Below are positions 51,024 through 64,000 of a stretch of DNA of 64,000 bases, one piece after another. The notes under the pieces are model-generated. The model was not told the origin of the DNA and made no database searches. It saw only the letters and a program-made list of their open reading frames with translations. The DNA is from Convolutriloba macropyga (lineage: Eukaryota). The DNA lies in the NCBI RefSeq assembly GCF_964194025.1, contig NC_134471.1:37386001-37450000 (forward strand). Reading direction: 5' to 3'. Position numbers and translations under genes: made by a program. Position 1 is the stretch's first letter, and each line of letters opens with the position of its first letter.

Positions 51024-51181
51024 GATCTTTTCCGCTTGTGCCCCCCCCAGCTTAGTGAGTAAATGTTGTTTGCACCCCATGCACGTGCTATATTTATACC
51101 TAATGAATTACTATGCAACAACACATGCTCTTAAACTGGAGGGTGCATAAAGTACAGGGGGGGGCAGAAACGGAAAAGATC
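51024..51181. mobile_element. ~155-bp MITE-like element (copy 2, inverted relative to copy 1)
   Basis: gatcttttccgcttgtgcccccc ... ggggggcagaaacggaaaagatc; the interior is a diverged reverse complement of 48751-48906. Confidence 0.8.
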
Positions 51182-52637
51182 TGATAGAACTGTAGGATAA
51201 GAGGTGAAAAACGAAAAGGGGAACAAAATGTTTTCGAGCTGGAGAGTTCAATGACTAAGTCACAAACGTGAGGTTACGAAGAAAAAGTTGATTAGTACTA
51301 AGCTAGAGTTGCATGATATGATCTCATGAGGTCCCAAAGCCAATATTCAATTACAAAAATCGAATCAGGAACACGAGCACGAAATTGTCTGTCTTCTGCA
51401 TTCCAGTAAAAATTATTCGACCTTATGCGTGGGAAGCGATCTGTAAGCATAATTCACCTGGAACATCAAAAATCATTTTTTTAACTCGGAGGGATTGAGA
51501 TTTTAGATATTGATTCCTCAAGGTATCTGCGGGCAACGAACTAGAGTAGTTAGCTGAACGAAGAGGAACTTCCAGTAACTTCCTAGTGGAATCGGAAAAA
51601 AGTAGACACACAAGCGGGCCAAAGATCCCGTTCTATAGATAATTGGAGTTGATAGAACCGTACCGTCGGTCAAAGCATACCTAAATGACCGGACTCAAGT
51701 AGCATCCAATGAGCAATCAGTGCTAGTTGGAAGGTCAGTCCAATGATAATAGTGCGGGATTGAAAAAAAGATCTGTACGCAATCGATAACTGATGGAGCT
51801 AAGAATGTGCAAGTTCCAGCAAGACCAATTCAAACGTCCCAGCAGGACCTTGCAAACCTAATCTGATTCGGAAATTTGTTTTTTTTTGAAAAAAAAACAA
51901 AAACCGGGTTGGCAGCAATCTGCAGTGCCACAATTATCCAATCCAATCATTTCAGATTTTGAAATTCCATATTTTCTACAAAATAAACCAGTTATCATCA
52001 ACATTATTGAAGGGCATGACATGTAAGTTAAATTGGTTGTGTTGTTGCTATATAGTCAACCCGTCAAGCAATTAGAAATTAAGAATTTGAATTTCTGGGA
52101 TCAGTATAACTGTACCTTGAAATATATTTTTTAAAACAAATTTTTCCAAGTTGAATTTAAAATTATTTAGGCGGCTGTGCATCTATGTTCCTCAGTTCAT
52201 TGGATGATAAAGGGGCTAAAATATTATTTAATTTTGAATGGAAAGAGCCGCTGTCAATGCAAATGATTAACTTCTTTGCTCCATTTGAGCCAACTTCAAC
52301 AAATCTTGATTTTTCCCCGGCAATTGTGTTGTAAAAAATGAAATTGTTCAAAAATTGGAAATGCAAACATTGTTGTTGAAGTATGAAGGAACTAAACAAG
52401 AGTAGAAATAGGAACTGAGACTTTGGAGATAGCTGTCCAAGGCTGGATCAATCGTTATAGTTATTAAAACAAAATGGAATAATTGGTTGAATGTTGCAAG
52501 CCAATTGTTGTAGGTCATTGGCGCCGAATGGAAAATCATCCACTCCTGTGCAACAAATCCTTCAAAGTAATATTGGTCGACAGCTAATAGCCTTGCAAAA
52601 GATCGAAGCCTACACGACTCAATCAAACTAACAACTA

Positions 52638-53373
52638 CCCGGACCCAAGTGTTATAGACTTTCAGTACTGATTCATTAGATTCCCATAGTAGGTTCTTAA
52701 GTCAGTACTGAATCATAGTAACCTAAGGGTAAAGTTACCTTGCATTATGTTCAGACAAAACGCAGAATCAATTTTTTTTATGAGTTTTGTCTGTTTAGTA
52801 TGATTTTCCTTTTTCATACTGTTCATAGAAATATCAGAAAAAAATTTGAAATTTTCGAAAGAAATTTTGAATTTTTGGGAGACACGATTTTTGAGCATGA
52901 AAATAGCATTTATTGAGTTAAACTTAAGTAACTTCAATACCATAGTATAAAACCACCCCCCCCCCCCCTGTATTTACAAAAGTACCAGTACATACGGGGG
53001 GGGGGGGGGGGGGGGGGGTTGTCGAGCGAATACGGGGGGGGGGGAGGACCCATTATGTTAGATTGTTCTTGTTTAGTTATCTATCAATTATTTTGGCAAA
53101 TTAATTATAAAAATTGCCCAACAAGTTTTTCGCCAAGTCTCAGATAATAGCATTTTTTTTCATTCTGTTCAGTTCAAAAACAGACAAAAATTCATAATGT
53201 TCATGGTAAATGCAGAATAGAAGTTCATTATGTTCATGCTAAATTCAGAATTGTACTCTGAATTTCACCATGAAATGTCTAATAAGTGCCATGATCAGAA
53301 CTCTGGTCATGGAAAAAATCATAATGAAATTTTCATGATTCAGTACTGAATTATTATGACACTCAGATCCGGG
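52638..53373. mobile_element. Non-autonomous DNA transposon with ~40-bp imperfect TIRs starting CCCGGA and 2-bp TSD (TA)
   Basis: ta|cccggacccaagtgttatagactttcagtactgattcat ... atgattcagtactgaattattatgacactcagatccggg|ta; central poly-C and poly-G tracts. Confidence 0.85.
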
Positions 53374-53379
53374 TACACA

Positions 53380-56160
53380 ATTGCTCGCACCCAAACATTT
53401 GGTTGATATCCAATCAATTGGATTTAATGAAGCAGCAAGCTTTTAACAACGATCCATAAGAAAAAACTTATCAATGAAAAAATAATGTGTTATTTACAAA
53501 GCCTTGTCATTTTTTTTGTGTTCATCATTCAGCAATAAGAGACGACTGACAATAAATGAATGAGTTATCTGCAAAGTTTGTCACTTCGTCTCTGGCTGTT
53601 TTTGCCCTCTAACTTATTACACATTTGTCTTACCAGCGTTAATCAGCCGTTCGGGAAACCAACAACATTTTCGCTTTTACCTAACCAAACAGCTAGAAGC
53701 TTTGAAACCTATGAAAGACATTTAAGTTTAATTGCTATTGCTTCATTGTTGAGGATAACAACGGAAGCGTTTGCATCAGAAAGTTTCAGTGCTCGTCTTA
53801 ATGCCACGTATTTGTTTTAAAAAGCTCGGTAAATATTACTAAACCCAATCAAAATTGTGTGGACCGAATATGTTGCAGACAATGGTAGGACAGACCTCAG
53901 TCTTGCAGGGCTTTTTGATTGGTTGTATCAAGAACTCCGAACATTTGAACAACTAGAAAACTCAATTTCAGCACCTAAAATTGAGACTCAGAAATCTATA
54001 AAAAAATTGGACAAAACTCAATGTCAAAGAAAAAAACAATCAACAACAACAATAAAACCCTGAAAACAAAGCGAACCCAGCCAAAAAGTTATAAGGAAAT
54101 TCGCCATTTTTTGCTACAAAACAGCACACAAAGAGTAGCACAGTCATTATTTTGAAAATTAGCCCTCATGACCAAGAGGATCCTCACATTGGTAAGTGTC
54201 AACAATTTTCTAAATTTGATATAAATGATATAAAAACAGATATAAATGCAATAAAAACAGATATAAAAACAGATATACAAAAACAGATATAAATGCAAAC
54301 TAACTCCAACAAAACAACTCAAGAAGAACTCACTTACTATGCTTTAACTGCTGAGAGTAATGCCAAATTATTACTCCAAGTTTCTGTGCCTACATCGCAT
54401 TTGCACTTATAAAGTGCAACGGTGCCTCTAAGAACCTCTTCTGGCATCTCAATGGCGAAAAACACAGCTTGCAGCCATTTGAAAAATGAACAAACGTGCA
54501 TACTTAATCGTAACCCAAGCTGGATAGCCAATGTGTGTGTCCTTTGACCAAAAAGATGAAATTTCTTATACAAAACCCATTGAACAATCCAGTTATTCCT
54601 ACAAAAACGAGGATCCAACTCCAGTTGATGCCGTTAAGGTAACACAATTTGATGAGAATTAATGTCAGCACTATTTTCTTTGGCCTAAATGCGGTTGCAT
54701 TTAAGGAATTTGCACAGAAAAATCTCAGAATTGGATCTGAATCGCACATACTTTCGACGAATTTAACTAGCAGAGAAAGATTGTTCGCCTGGGTTCGGGA
54801 AAATTTATTAGCGAATAACCTATTGTTGTTTTGTTTACGTTCATTTCGTAAATGAGTGGACTCTCTACATGCACCGTTAAGTAAATTTGTAAACAGTTTT
54901 GCACCTTTAAGTGCTTGTTTTTGCTAACAGTTTGAAGAAGAACAGGAAAATAAAGACCAATTTTCTAGAATCTGCGGACACATTAACAGACCACAAGAAT
55001 GAACTCAGAACTTAGAAGAAACGAATAGTTGTTTGGAGTCCAGTGAAGCCAGGTTTGAATTTTTTAGAAGCGAAAAGTAATTTTGATGAAACTTTTAAAA
55101 TTGCGAAAGCTGGACTTGATTGCTACGAGCAATAAATCATCAAAAATAGCGGGATCAGACGGTTTTATTAGAAAAATTTGGAAAAAAAGTTATAATAAAA
55201 TACGAAGTGTCAAAAAATCACCTCCAAAGAAGATATGGGATCTTTCTCATCACCTAGCTACTAGCCCTAACAAGCCGAGAACTTTAAGAGTGTGGAAATT
55301 GCCAAAAGTTTCTTCAAAAATTGTCGCTAAAATTTCGTTTTCAAGCCTTGATTTCTTGAACAACACAGTCGAACTTATACACCGGTTTTGTCGCAACATT
55401 TCTGCATTTCAAAAACACGGGACATTTTTGTGGAAAAAAGAGCCTAGTTTTCCATAAATTTCTCAGTGGATGATTTGTATTTTTCATGGTCATTGAAAAA
55501 GAATCTCAATCGGCATTTCAGGACCTGCGTAAAGCACTAATCAAAAGCGATTTAGATTGACCCTATCTGTTTCAAATCCTTATGCAATTATGTCACCCGT
55601 TACCCGGGAATCCTGAAATCGGAATAGGAATATGGAATCTTGGGAGTCACGTGGAATCCTACGAGTGTTAATGCAATCCATCCGAGGCAATCCAAGAATC
55701 TGAATGGTTCCAGAGATTTCACAAATCACCTCATCAGTGTGTACCTTGTCGAGTACCGGGTGGGTAACATGAGAAAATGATTTTCCCGGTATGATTTATT
55801 GGCAAATGGTCAACAAAAATGATACAAATTTGGAAAAAAAAGTTTACTTGAGAGCGCCCTTAAAAACAATGCCGCAGCGTTTCGCTTCTTTCTTTTTTGA
55901 GCAGATTCTTAGAAATCAAATACACTGTCTATGGAATGCTTCACATCTTGCATATGCAGCCGAAATATATACTGGATCTCAATCAGGAAGCAAACAATCA
56001 ATTAGATTTGTGTTAGCTGGAGCAGAGAACGCAACCTCTAAGCAAATCAGCATCCCTAAGTTTCAGTTGCAAGCTCTGTGGATGGGTGCCAACTAATGCA
56101 GTTTTTGTGTAGAGCCTAATAGAAATTGAGAAGTGTCCATTTAGCAACACATTAGTGGGG
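53380..56160 (+). mobile_element. Heavily decayed BEL/Pao retrotransposon (gag, RT and RNase H remnants)
   Basis: TIHKKKLINEKIMCYLQSLV and WTEYVADNGRTDLSLAGLFDWL (gag); IWDLSHHLATSPNKPRTLRV (RT, WYLPHH..PNKP-like); IHCLWNASHLAYAAEIY...FVLAGAENATSKQISIPKFQLQA (Pao-type RNase H). Confidence 0.82.
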
Positions 56161-56204
56161 ATTAGATGATTCCAAAGACCTTTATCAGAGACTGCACAGT
56201 GTTT

Positions 56205-59200
56205 CACAGCCACCTGGGTTTGTTCTTGTGACACAAGGGCTCGATCTTCCTATAAGCAAGAAAAAGCAAACAGCGAAGGCCATTAAATTTGAATCACCAG
56301 TTCACCAACGATCGGTTAATTAAATATTCAGCAGACTGTAAGCTTAACCGTGCCCCAGGATTTCAATTTGGCAATCCAGTGGGATATAGGAGAAACCATT
56401 CATTGCGTAAAATGAGATCTCGGTTAAGCGGTAATGACGTCCGACGTCTTTGACACAGTTGCCAGCGAAGCTGTGTTTTTTCTCCTATCGTTTGAGGCAA
56501 CTGTCATCTGAAGCTGCTGTCAACTTAATGGTCTTGACTTTTCTCGAGAATTTGTCCTACGATAACTTTTTCCTCTGGTTCTTAAGTCACTAGTTGCATA
56601 ATTTAAGCACTTTCTTTAATTATTTGTGTATGATTAAGGTTGAGCAGCACAAGCCAAATACAGTAAGCAAGAACTCATGAAAACATAGGCACAAAACTTG
56701 GAAATTCGGCTCATTTCAAAATTAGTACTGTCGGAAAGGATCTTCGATGGTAGTTGATTTGATAATGAGGAGTAACTGTTGAATCGAGGAGATAATTGAC
56801 TAGCCTCTTTTATCGTTGTATTGATGCGTGATTCTAAATTTGTGATTTTCGGTATTTGTACGGTATTTGTCGGAACTTGCTAATAACGCAGAGTTTTCTG
56901 CGGCAGGTATTTCGATGACTGCCCATTGTTGAAATTTTCTTTATTTTGGTTTCAGAGAATTTTTTTGTTAAAAATTCTGGTAGCAATTTTTGTTTAAGGA
57001 AGTCAATGCTGAACGAGCTTTCACGAAAAAGCAGGAGACAAGCCTGGGTCGAGGTTTAGTCGAACAAATGATTTGCAAAAAAGCGGTGACAAAATTAGTC
57101 CACAGCGAAAAGCAGCCTACGACGAGGGAAAATGAATTTTTCCAAAAATTCACCACCGATCAGTTAATTAGCCAGTGAGAGGATAAGAAGCCTAACCTTG
57201 CTTCAGTTATTCACTTCGGTAATCTGCCGGGATGTGGATCGAAACCATTCAGCGCGTTAAAGGATCTCTTCTTCTGAATCTCGGTCAAGCGAAAATGTCC
57301 CCGGATGTATTTTTTTTATCGAAGCTGTGTTATTGTTCTATCAATTGAGTCAACTGTCATCTGAAGCTCTGTTAGCTTAACCCTCTTGACTTTTGGCGAT
57401 GATTTGTTCTAGGATATCCTTTTCCTCTGGTTCTTAAATCACAAGTCGCTTAATTTTACGCAAGTGCTCCAAATAATTGTGCATGATTAACGTTGAGATG
57501 CACCAGCAGAATAGAGTCAGCAGGAACTCATCAAAAGATGGAGACAAAAATGGGAAATTTTGCTCATTTCAAATTCAGAACTGTTGAAAAGGATCCTCGA
57601 TGATGTTTGATTTGATAAGGAGGTGTAGTGTAACTGTTGTATCGAGGAGATAATTACCTGCCTCTATTTTTCTTTATCGTTGTGTTGATGAGTGATTCTC
57701 AAATTGCGATATCCTTTGTTTGTCGCAGTTTGGACTTGTTAGTTACGTAGAATTTTCTACGGCAGGTATCTGGATGGTCAAGGGATTTGTTACATTAACA
57801 TATCTTGTGCAGATCGACGAAAAATTTGTTATTGTGGTTTCAGAGAATAGTTTTTATAATAAAAATTCTGACAGCAATAGTTGTTTGAATTCACTGCTGA
57901 ACCAATTCACTGCTGAACAAACAGGCAGGAGAAACAAATAGTGTAAGATATGAAGTAAAAAGTGGTGATAAAGTTAGTTTTTAACGCAAAACCCACGCAT
58001 TTTCTATCGATGAATACAGTTATCAGCGTTGAACTATTATAAGTTATAAGGTTTTAGAGCTGAAGTGTTAAGCGTGAACTCATTCAACGGAATTAGTACA
58101 AAAAATAAAACTGCCTTATGCAGGTTTGATTTTTCTAACCTCCTGCATGCGAATCACTTTTACTCCACCCTTCAAGTACGTCACCCTTCACGTACCTCTC
58201 AAATATCTTCTTTGAAATGAAATTAGGTGTGCTCCACATTATGGAGAATATACGCGTTGAAAAAATGTTAAAACTTGGGTGGTTAGCGGTCAATTGTTGT
58301 GAAAATTAGAAAGCAGTGAAAATTAGAATTTCAACGCTAAGAATCGCAAATCTTTTAAACTTTCATATGAAAAAATTTTAGTGTTTTCTTACCGTTGAAT
58401 TGGCGTAAGATATGCGCGTTTTTGTATTTTCTACCGCTTCTGTTGCTGTATTTGAGTTCATTCAGAGCAAATTCTACGTTTTGTACTTTTTTTGCGCTGA
58501 CACTTCCACCCAGGAAGTCTGATAAAAAACTGTTGACTCTGGTGATCTTTGTACCACATAGTTTGTTTATTTGATTGGGCAAATAAACTAAATTGAAATA
58601 CGAATGAGGTAAGTATTAATATATAATTATATATAAAATTATGAATATATAGGTAAAAATTTGGTTTGATCCAAGTAAGTCAATTCCTTTTGATGTTTGA
58701 TCAGGCTTTTTTTCGGAGAAAATCTAAGCATCTTGTAATGCTCGTTTCTACAGAATATTGCATCCAACTCTAAATGCGGAAATGTCACAAATTTATTTTA
58801 TTTTATTTTTATTTTATTCGAACAAACACACAACTCCATAAAACAATGTAGCAATACCTTATTCTTGCAATTAGAGCCGTCCTTTGTAATTTGGGTTTCA
58901 AATGTTTTGGTTTTAGGTGCTTCAGTGCCGAAGGACTACAACCACCAAAGATAGACTAACCAGACAACCCTTTCCAGTATATAGAGTGAACAGTAATCTT
59001 CGCCAATGTTATTGCGGACAACTTTGAACTTCTAGATTGTCCATCTAGATGCAGTCGTGAAGACCTATTTCTGCCTATTTAGTTGTTTCGTAATGAGGAG
59101 AATTTATCTATATGGTACCAAATTCCTCAGCACAGACATGTGATTTAGAGCCAACTGAGTTTGTTTTTTTGACACAATGGCTGAATCTTCCTTACAGAAA

Positions 59201-60430
59201 CAAGAAAAAGTATACAACGAGGGCCATTGACCTTTTTCCACAAATTCACCAACGATCAGTTAATTAAACAGTCAGTGGATTGGAAGCTTGACCCTTATTC
59301 AAGTCTTCACTTCCCTAATCTGGTGGGATGTGGTAGAATCATCCAGCGCGTAAAATTAGCTCTTCTTCTGAATTTTTGTGTTTTTTTTTTACAGTTGTCG
59401 CCGAAGCTGTGTTTTTGTCGTATCATCTGAGTCAATTGTCATCTGAAGTTCGGTTAGTTTAACGCTCTTGAGTTTTGGCGATGATTTGTTCTAGGATATC
59501 CTTTTCCTCTGGTTCTTAAATCACTAGTCGCTGATTTTTATGCAGGTTCTCCAATTAATTGAGCATGATTAAATTTGAGCAGCACAAGCAGAATAGAGTC
59601 AGCAGAAACTCATCAACAGATAGAGAAAGAACTGGGGATATTTGCTCATGTCCAATTCAGAACTGTCAGAAAAAATCCTCGATGATGTTTGATTTGATAA
59701 TGGGGTGTAACTGTTGAATCGAGGAAATAATTGCCTGCCTCTATTATCGTTGTGTTGATGTGTGATTCTCCAATTGCGATTTTCTCTCTTTAACGCAGTT
59801 TGGACTTCTTAGTAATGGAACTTTCTACGGCAGGTATTTGGATGATCAAGGCGATTGTTGAGATCACTGCTGAACCAGTTTTGAGAAAAAGGCAGGGGAA
59901 ACAATTGATGTCAGAATTGAAATGAAAACTTGTGAAAATTTAGCCTTTAACTCAAAACCTACGCATTTTCTACGGATGAATACAATTATTAGCGTTGAAA
60001 GTTTTAAGGCGGAAGTTTTTAGTTTGAAATCATTCAACGGAATTCGTACAAAATTAAATTGTCCAAAACAGATATGAAATTCTCACCTCCTGCATGTCAA
60101 TCATTTATCAGGTTTGCTCCAATTTATGGAGAACATGCACGTTGAAATGTTGTTAGATTATTGGTGTTTAGCGGTCAGCTTTCGTGATTAGAGGCGATGA
60201 ATAATAGAATTTCAACGCTAAGATCCGCAATTTTATCAAAAAATTATCTCGAAATTTATTTAGCGTTTTTAACCGTTGAATTGGCGTATTTTTCATTTTC
60301 AATGCTTTCACAGTGTTTTTTTTGCTAAAAACCTCTATTCTTGCAGTAGTCAGTTCAACAGTTACGTTCTTTTGTTCTTTTTTGCGCTGACAGTTAGACC
60401 CAGGAAGTCTGATATAAAGTTGTTGAGGCT
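56205..60430. repeat. Three diverged direct copies of a ~0.8-1.4-kb unit (56205-56990, ~57100-58530, ~59145-60430)
   Basis: Shared blocks in the same order: ttcacca(a/c)cgatc.gttaatt, ctgtcatctgaag, ttttcctctggttcttaa, taactgttg.atcgagga, ggcaggtat. Confidence 0.88.
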
Positions 60431-61739
60431 TCTGTTGATATTTATCTAGTTTGGTTCAAGAAAGGCAATTCTTTTTGCTGTTTGATAACTCGTTTTCCTA
60501 CTTTGATCAGGCCTTTTATTTCCAGAGATTCCAGAGAAGATTAAAAATTCTATCGCTTTTGATTGTTTTTGAAAGTTTTGATTACTTTTACTCCCGTCTT
60601 TTAAAATTGGTTATTGTTGTCTATATAATCACATATATTTTCAGAAATTTTCTCGTTTAAATATTCGAGTTCCCTTTGATTTTTTGTCAATGGCATCAAT
60701 TGTTTTTGGTGATTTTTAAATTTGTACCAGAAGAGTACTTTTCAACTTGTTCTACTATTCTGATTTTTATATTTTTATTCGGATTTGTAGTTTTTTCCTT
60801 GATTCAACACAAAACACAACGCCAGTTGCTTTTCCAGTTGACAAGGTCTAACTTTTCGCTTTTTTGATTCATTGTTTGTACATTTTTCCTTAAAAGGTGT
60901 GGTAACTTTCAGTTTCTTTTCCATAGTACTGTTTTTCGCAGTTGTATTTTAATTCCTCTGAAGCATGCATTTTTTATTTGCTTACTTGGCTCCAGTTTCC
61001 GGAATTGTATTTTTTTTGGTATGAACAACAAATAAACAACCTCAAAGACCCAAAACATCTTTCTATAAAAAATGTGTTCTCTTATTTCTGCATCCTAGAT
61101 TGCATATAGGAGCTAATTAGGATGGTTGAATTTCTTTTGTATTTCAAATGTCGGAAATGGTTATGCACTTTAAATCAATTTCCTTGCAGTTTGAAACAAG
61201 ATGGAGATATATGTGCCACATGGATTTGTTTCCAGTTGCCTTTAAATTACACTTTAATAGTTTGATTTCAGTTTAAACAAGCGTTTATCAAACCTTACTT
61301 CTTTTGTGTTCACATTGTTTTTCATGTGTTGCATACAACTTCCAGAGTTTAAATTACCAATTTAAATTAATACCAATTTTAGAAGGTTCGTCATTTCTCT
61401 TCTGATTGGGCTGTTTCACAACCTTTAAATTATTCCAATTGTTTTTCAAGAAAATTAACAGTTTTTGAAACCAGATCAGCAAAATTTGAGAACCCGGTCT
61501 AAAATATTTCAACTTGATTTAAAACCTTTGTTTGTCATCAACGTATTTACTCCATTGACAGTGTTTTGGCTCATGGAGGAAGTATGTGTAGAAAATATCA
61601 CAAATGGTAAAGCAGGTATTGAACGATATTCAAGAAGTAGTCCCGGACCTAACGCCAAGTCAATTTCAGTACTGGGCAAGTCTAAATCCAAGTCTTATTT
61701 CATTACTGATTCAGAACCATGATCATGTCACTTTTTACA

Positions 61740-64000
61740 CTTGGCAGTCTAAATCCAAGTCTGATTTTAGACTTGGCAAGTCTAATCCAAGTCTGATTTT
61801 AGACATGGCAAGTCTAATCCAAGTCTGATTTTAGACATGGCAAGTCTAATCCAAGTCTGATTTTAGACTTGGCAAGTCTAATCCAAGTCTGATTTTAGAC
61901 TTGGCAAGTCTAATCCAAGTCTGATTTTAGACTTGGCAAGTCTAATCCAAGTCTGATTTTAGACTTGGCAAGTCTAATCCAAGTCTGATTTTAGACTTGG
62001 CAAGTCTAATCCAAGTCTGATTTTAGACATGGCAAGTCTAATCCAAGTCTGATTTTAGACTTGGCAAGTCTAATCCAAGTCTGATTTTAGACTGGGCAAG
62101 TCTAATCCAAGTCTGATTTTAGACATGGCAAGTCTAATCCAAGTCTGATTTTAGACTTGGAAAGTCTAATCCAAGTCTGATTTTAGACTTGGCAAGTCTA
62201 ATCCAAGTCTGATTTTAGACTTGGCAAGTCTAATCCAAGTCTGATTTTAGACTTGGCAAGTAAAAACCGAGTCTGATTTTAGACTTGGCAAGTCTAATCC
62301 AAGTCTGATTTTAGACTTGGCAGGTCTAATCCAAGTCTGATTTAAGACATGGCAAGTCTAATCCAAGTCTGATTTCAGACTTGGCAAGTCTAATCCAAGT
62401 CTGATTTTAGACTTGGCAAGTCTAAACCAATTCTGATTTTAGACTTGGCAAGTCTAATCCAAGTCTGATTTTAGACTGGGCAGGTCTAATCCAAGTCTGA
62501 TTTTAGACATGGCAAGTCTAATCCAAGTCTGATTTTAAACTTGGAAAGTCTAATCCAAGTCTGATTTTAGACTTGGCAAGTCTAATCCAAGTCTGATTTT
62601 AGACTTGGCAAGTCTAATCCAAGTCTGATTTTAGACTTGGCAAGTCTAAACCAAGTCTGATTTTAGACTTGGCAAGTCTAATCCAAGTCCGATTTTAGAC
62701 ATGGCAAGTCTAATCCAAGTCTGATTTTGGACTTGGCAAGTCTAATCCAAGTCTGATTTTAGACTGGGCAAGTCTAATCCAAGTCTGATTTTAGACATGG
62801 CAAGTCTAATCCAAGTCTGATTTTAGACTTGGAAAGTCTAATCCAAGTCGGATTTTAGACTTGGCAAGTCTAATCCAAGTCTGATTTTAGACTTGGCAAG
62901 TCTAATCCAAGTCTGATTTTAGACTTGGCAAGTAAAAACCAAGTCTGATTTTAGACTTGGCAAGTCTAATCCAAGTCTGATTTTAGACTTGGCAAGTCTA
63001 ATCCAAGTCTGATTTTAGACTTGGCAGGTCTAATCCAAGTCTGATTTAAGACATGGCAAGTCTAATCCAAGTCTGATTTCAGACTTGGCAAGTCTAATCC
63101 AAGTCTGATTTTAGACTTGGGAAGTCTAAACCAATTCTGATTTTAGACTTGGCAAGTCTAATCCAAGTCTGATTTTAGACTGGGCAGGTCTAATCCAAGT
63201 CTGATTTTAGACTTGGCAAGTCCAATCCAAGTCTGATTTTAGACTCGGCAAGTCTAATCCAAGTCTGATTTTAGACTTGGCAAGTCTAATCCAAGTCTGA
63301 TTTTAGACTTGGCAAGTCTAATCCAAGTCTGATTTTAGACTTGGCAAGTCTAATCCAATTCTGATTTTAGACTTGGCAAGTCTAATCCAAGTCTGATTTT
63401 AGACTTGGCAAGTCTAATCCAAGTCTGATTTTAGACTTGGCAAGTCTAAACCAAGTCTGATTTTAGACTTGGCAAGTCTAATCCAAGTCTGATTTTAGAC
63501 ATGGCAAGTCTAATCCAAGTCTGATTTTAGACTTGGAAAATCTAATCCAAGTCTGATTTTAGACTTGGCAAGTCTAATCCAAGTCTGATTTTAGACTTGG
63601 CAAGTCTAATCCAAGTCTGATTTTAGACTTGGCAAGTAAAAACCAAGTCTCATTTTAGACTTGGCAAGTCTAATCCAAGTCTGATTTTAGACTTGGCAAG
63701 TCTAATCCAAGTCTGATTTTAGACTTGGCAGGTCTAATCCAAGTCTGATTTAAGACATGGCAAGTCTAATCCAAGTCTGATTTCAGACTTGGCAAGTCTA
63801 ATCCAAGTCTGATTTTAGACTTGGCAAGTCTAAACCAATTCTGATTTTAGACTTGGCAAGTCTAATCCAAGTCTGATTTTAGACTTGGCAAGTCTAATGC
63901 AAGTCCGATTTTAGACTTGGCAAGTCTAATCCAAGTCTTATTTTAGACTTGGCAAGTCTAATCCAAGTCTGATTTTAGACTTGGCAAGTCTAATCCAAGT
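61740..64000. repeat. 32-bp satellite (AGACTTGGCAAGTCTAATCCAAGTCTGATTTT)n, ~70 copies, running off the window end
   Basis: Constant 32-bp period (e.g. 61769, 61801, 61833); stops in the reading frames of both strands. Confidence 0.99.

Noticed and set aside
60440-61400. Decayed minus-strand transposase or LINE ORF
   Set aside because: Strand bias only; no diagnostic motif could be read.
61740-64000. CRISPR array (32-bp palindromic repeat)
   Set aside because: The repeats are head-to-tail with no unique spacers, there are no cas genes, and the context is eukaryotic.

Overview
AT-rich, repeat-dense eukaryotic (metazoan-type) DNA with one 200-N gap. The main feature is a ~22.4-kb decayed Ty3/Gypsy LTR retroelement on the minus strand (~6528-28885) with a complex, retrovirus-like layout: 5'LTR, PBS, extra ORF, gag, PR-RT-(RNase H missing)-IN, extra ORF, env, extra ORF(s), 3'LTR. 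Its env resembles class III fusion glycoproteins (herpesvirus gB / chuvirus G-like). The element has been enlarged by a near-identical 3.62-kb tandem duplication and an older ~2.74-kb triplication. The only clear host gene is a spliced fibrinogen-related-domain (FReD) gene on the + strand (exons 29771-30110 and 35796-36040), with possible upstream exons on the far side of the retroelement. Also present are two decayed BEL/Pao elements, a decayed Polinton/adintovirus-type protein-primed DNA polymerase B, several non-autonomous DNA transposons with CCCGG termini, a thrice-repeated ~0.8-1.4-kb unit, and a terminal 32-bp palindromic satellite. The satellite has a 704-bp higher-order repeat and appears to grow out of a CCCGG transposon end. 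All protein-family calls come from hand translation and remembered motifs; no database searches were run, and boundaries of decayed elements are approximate.
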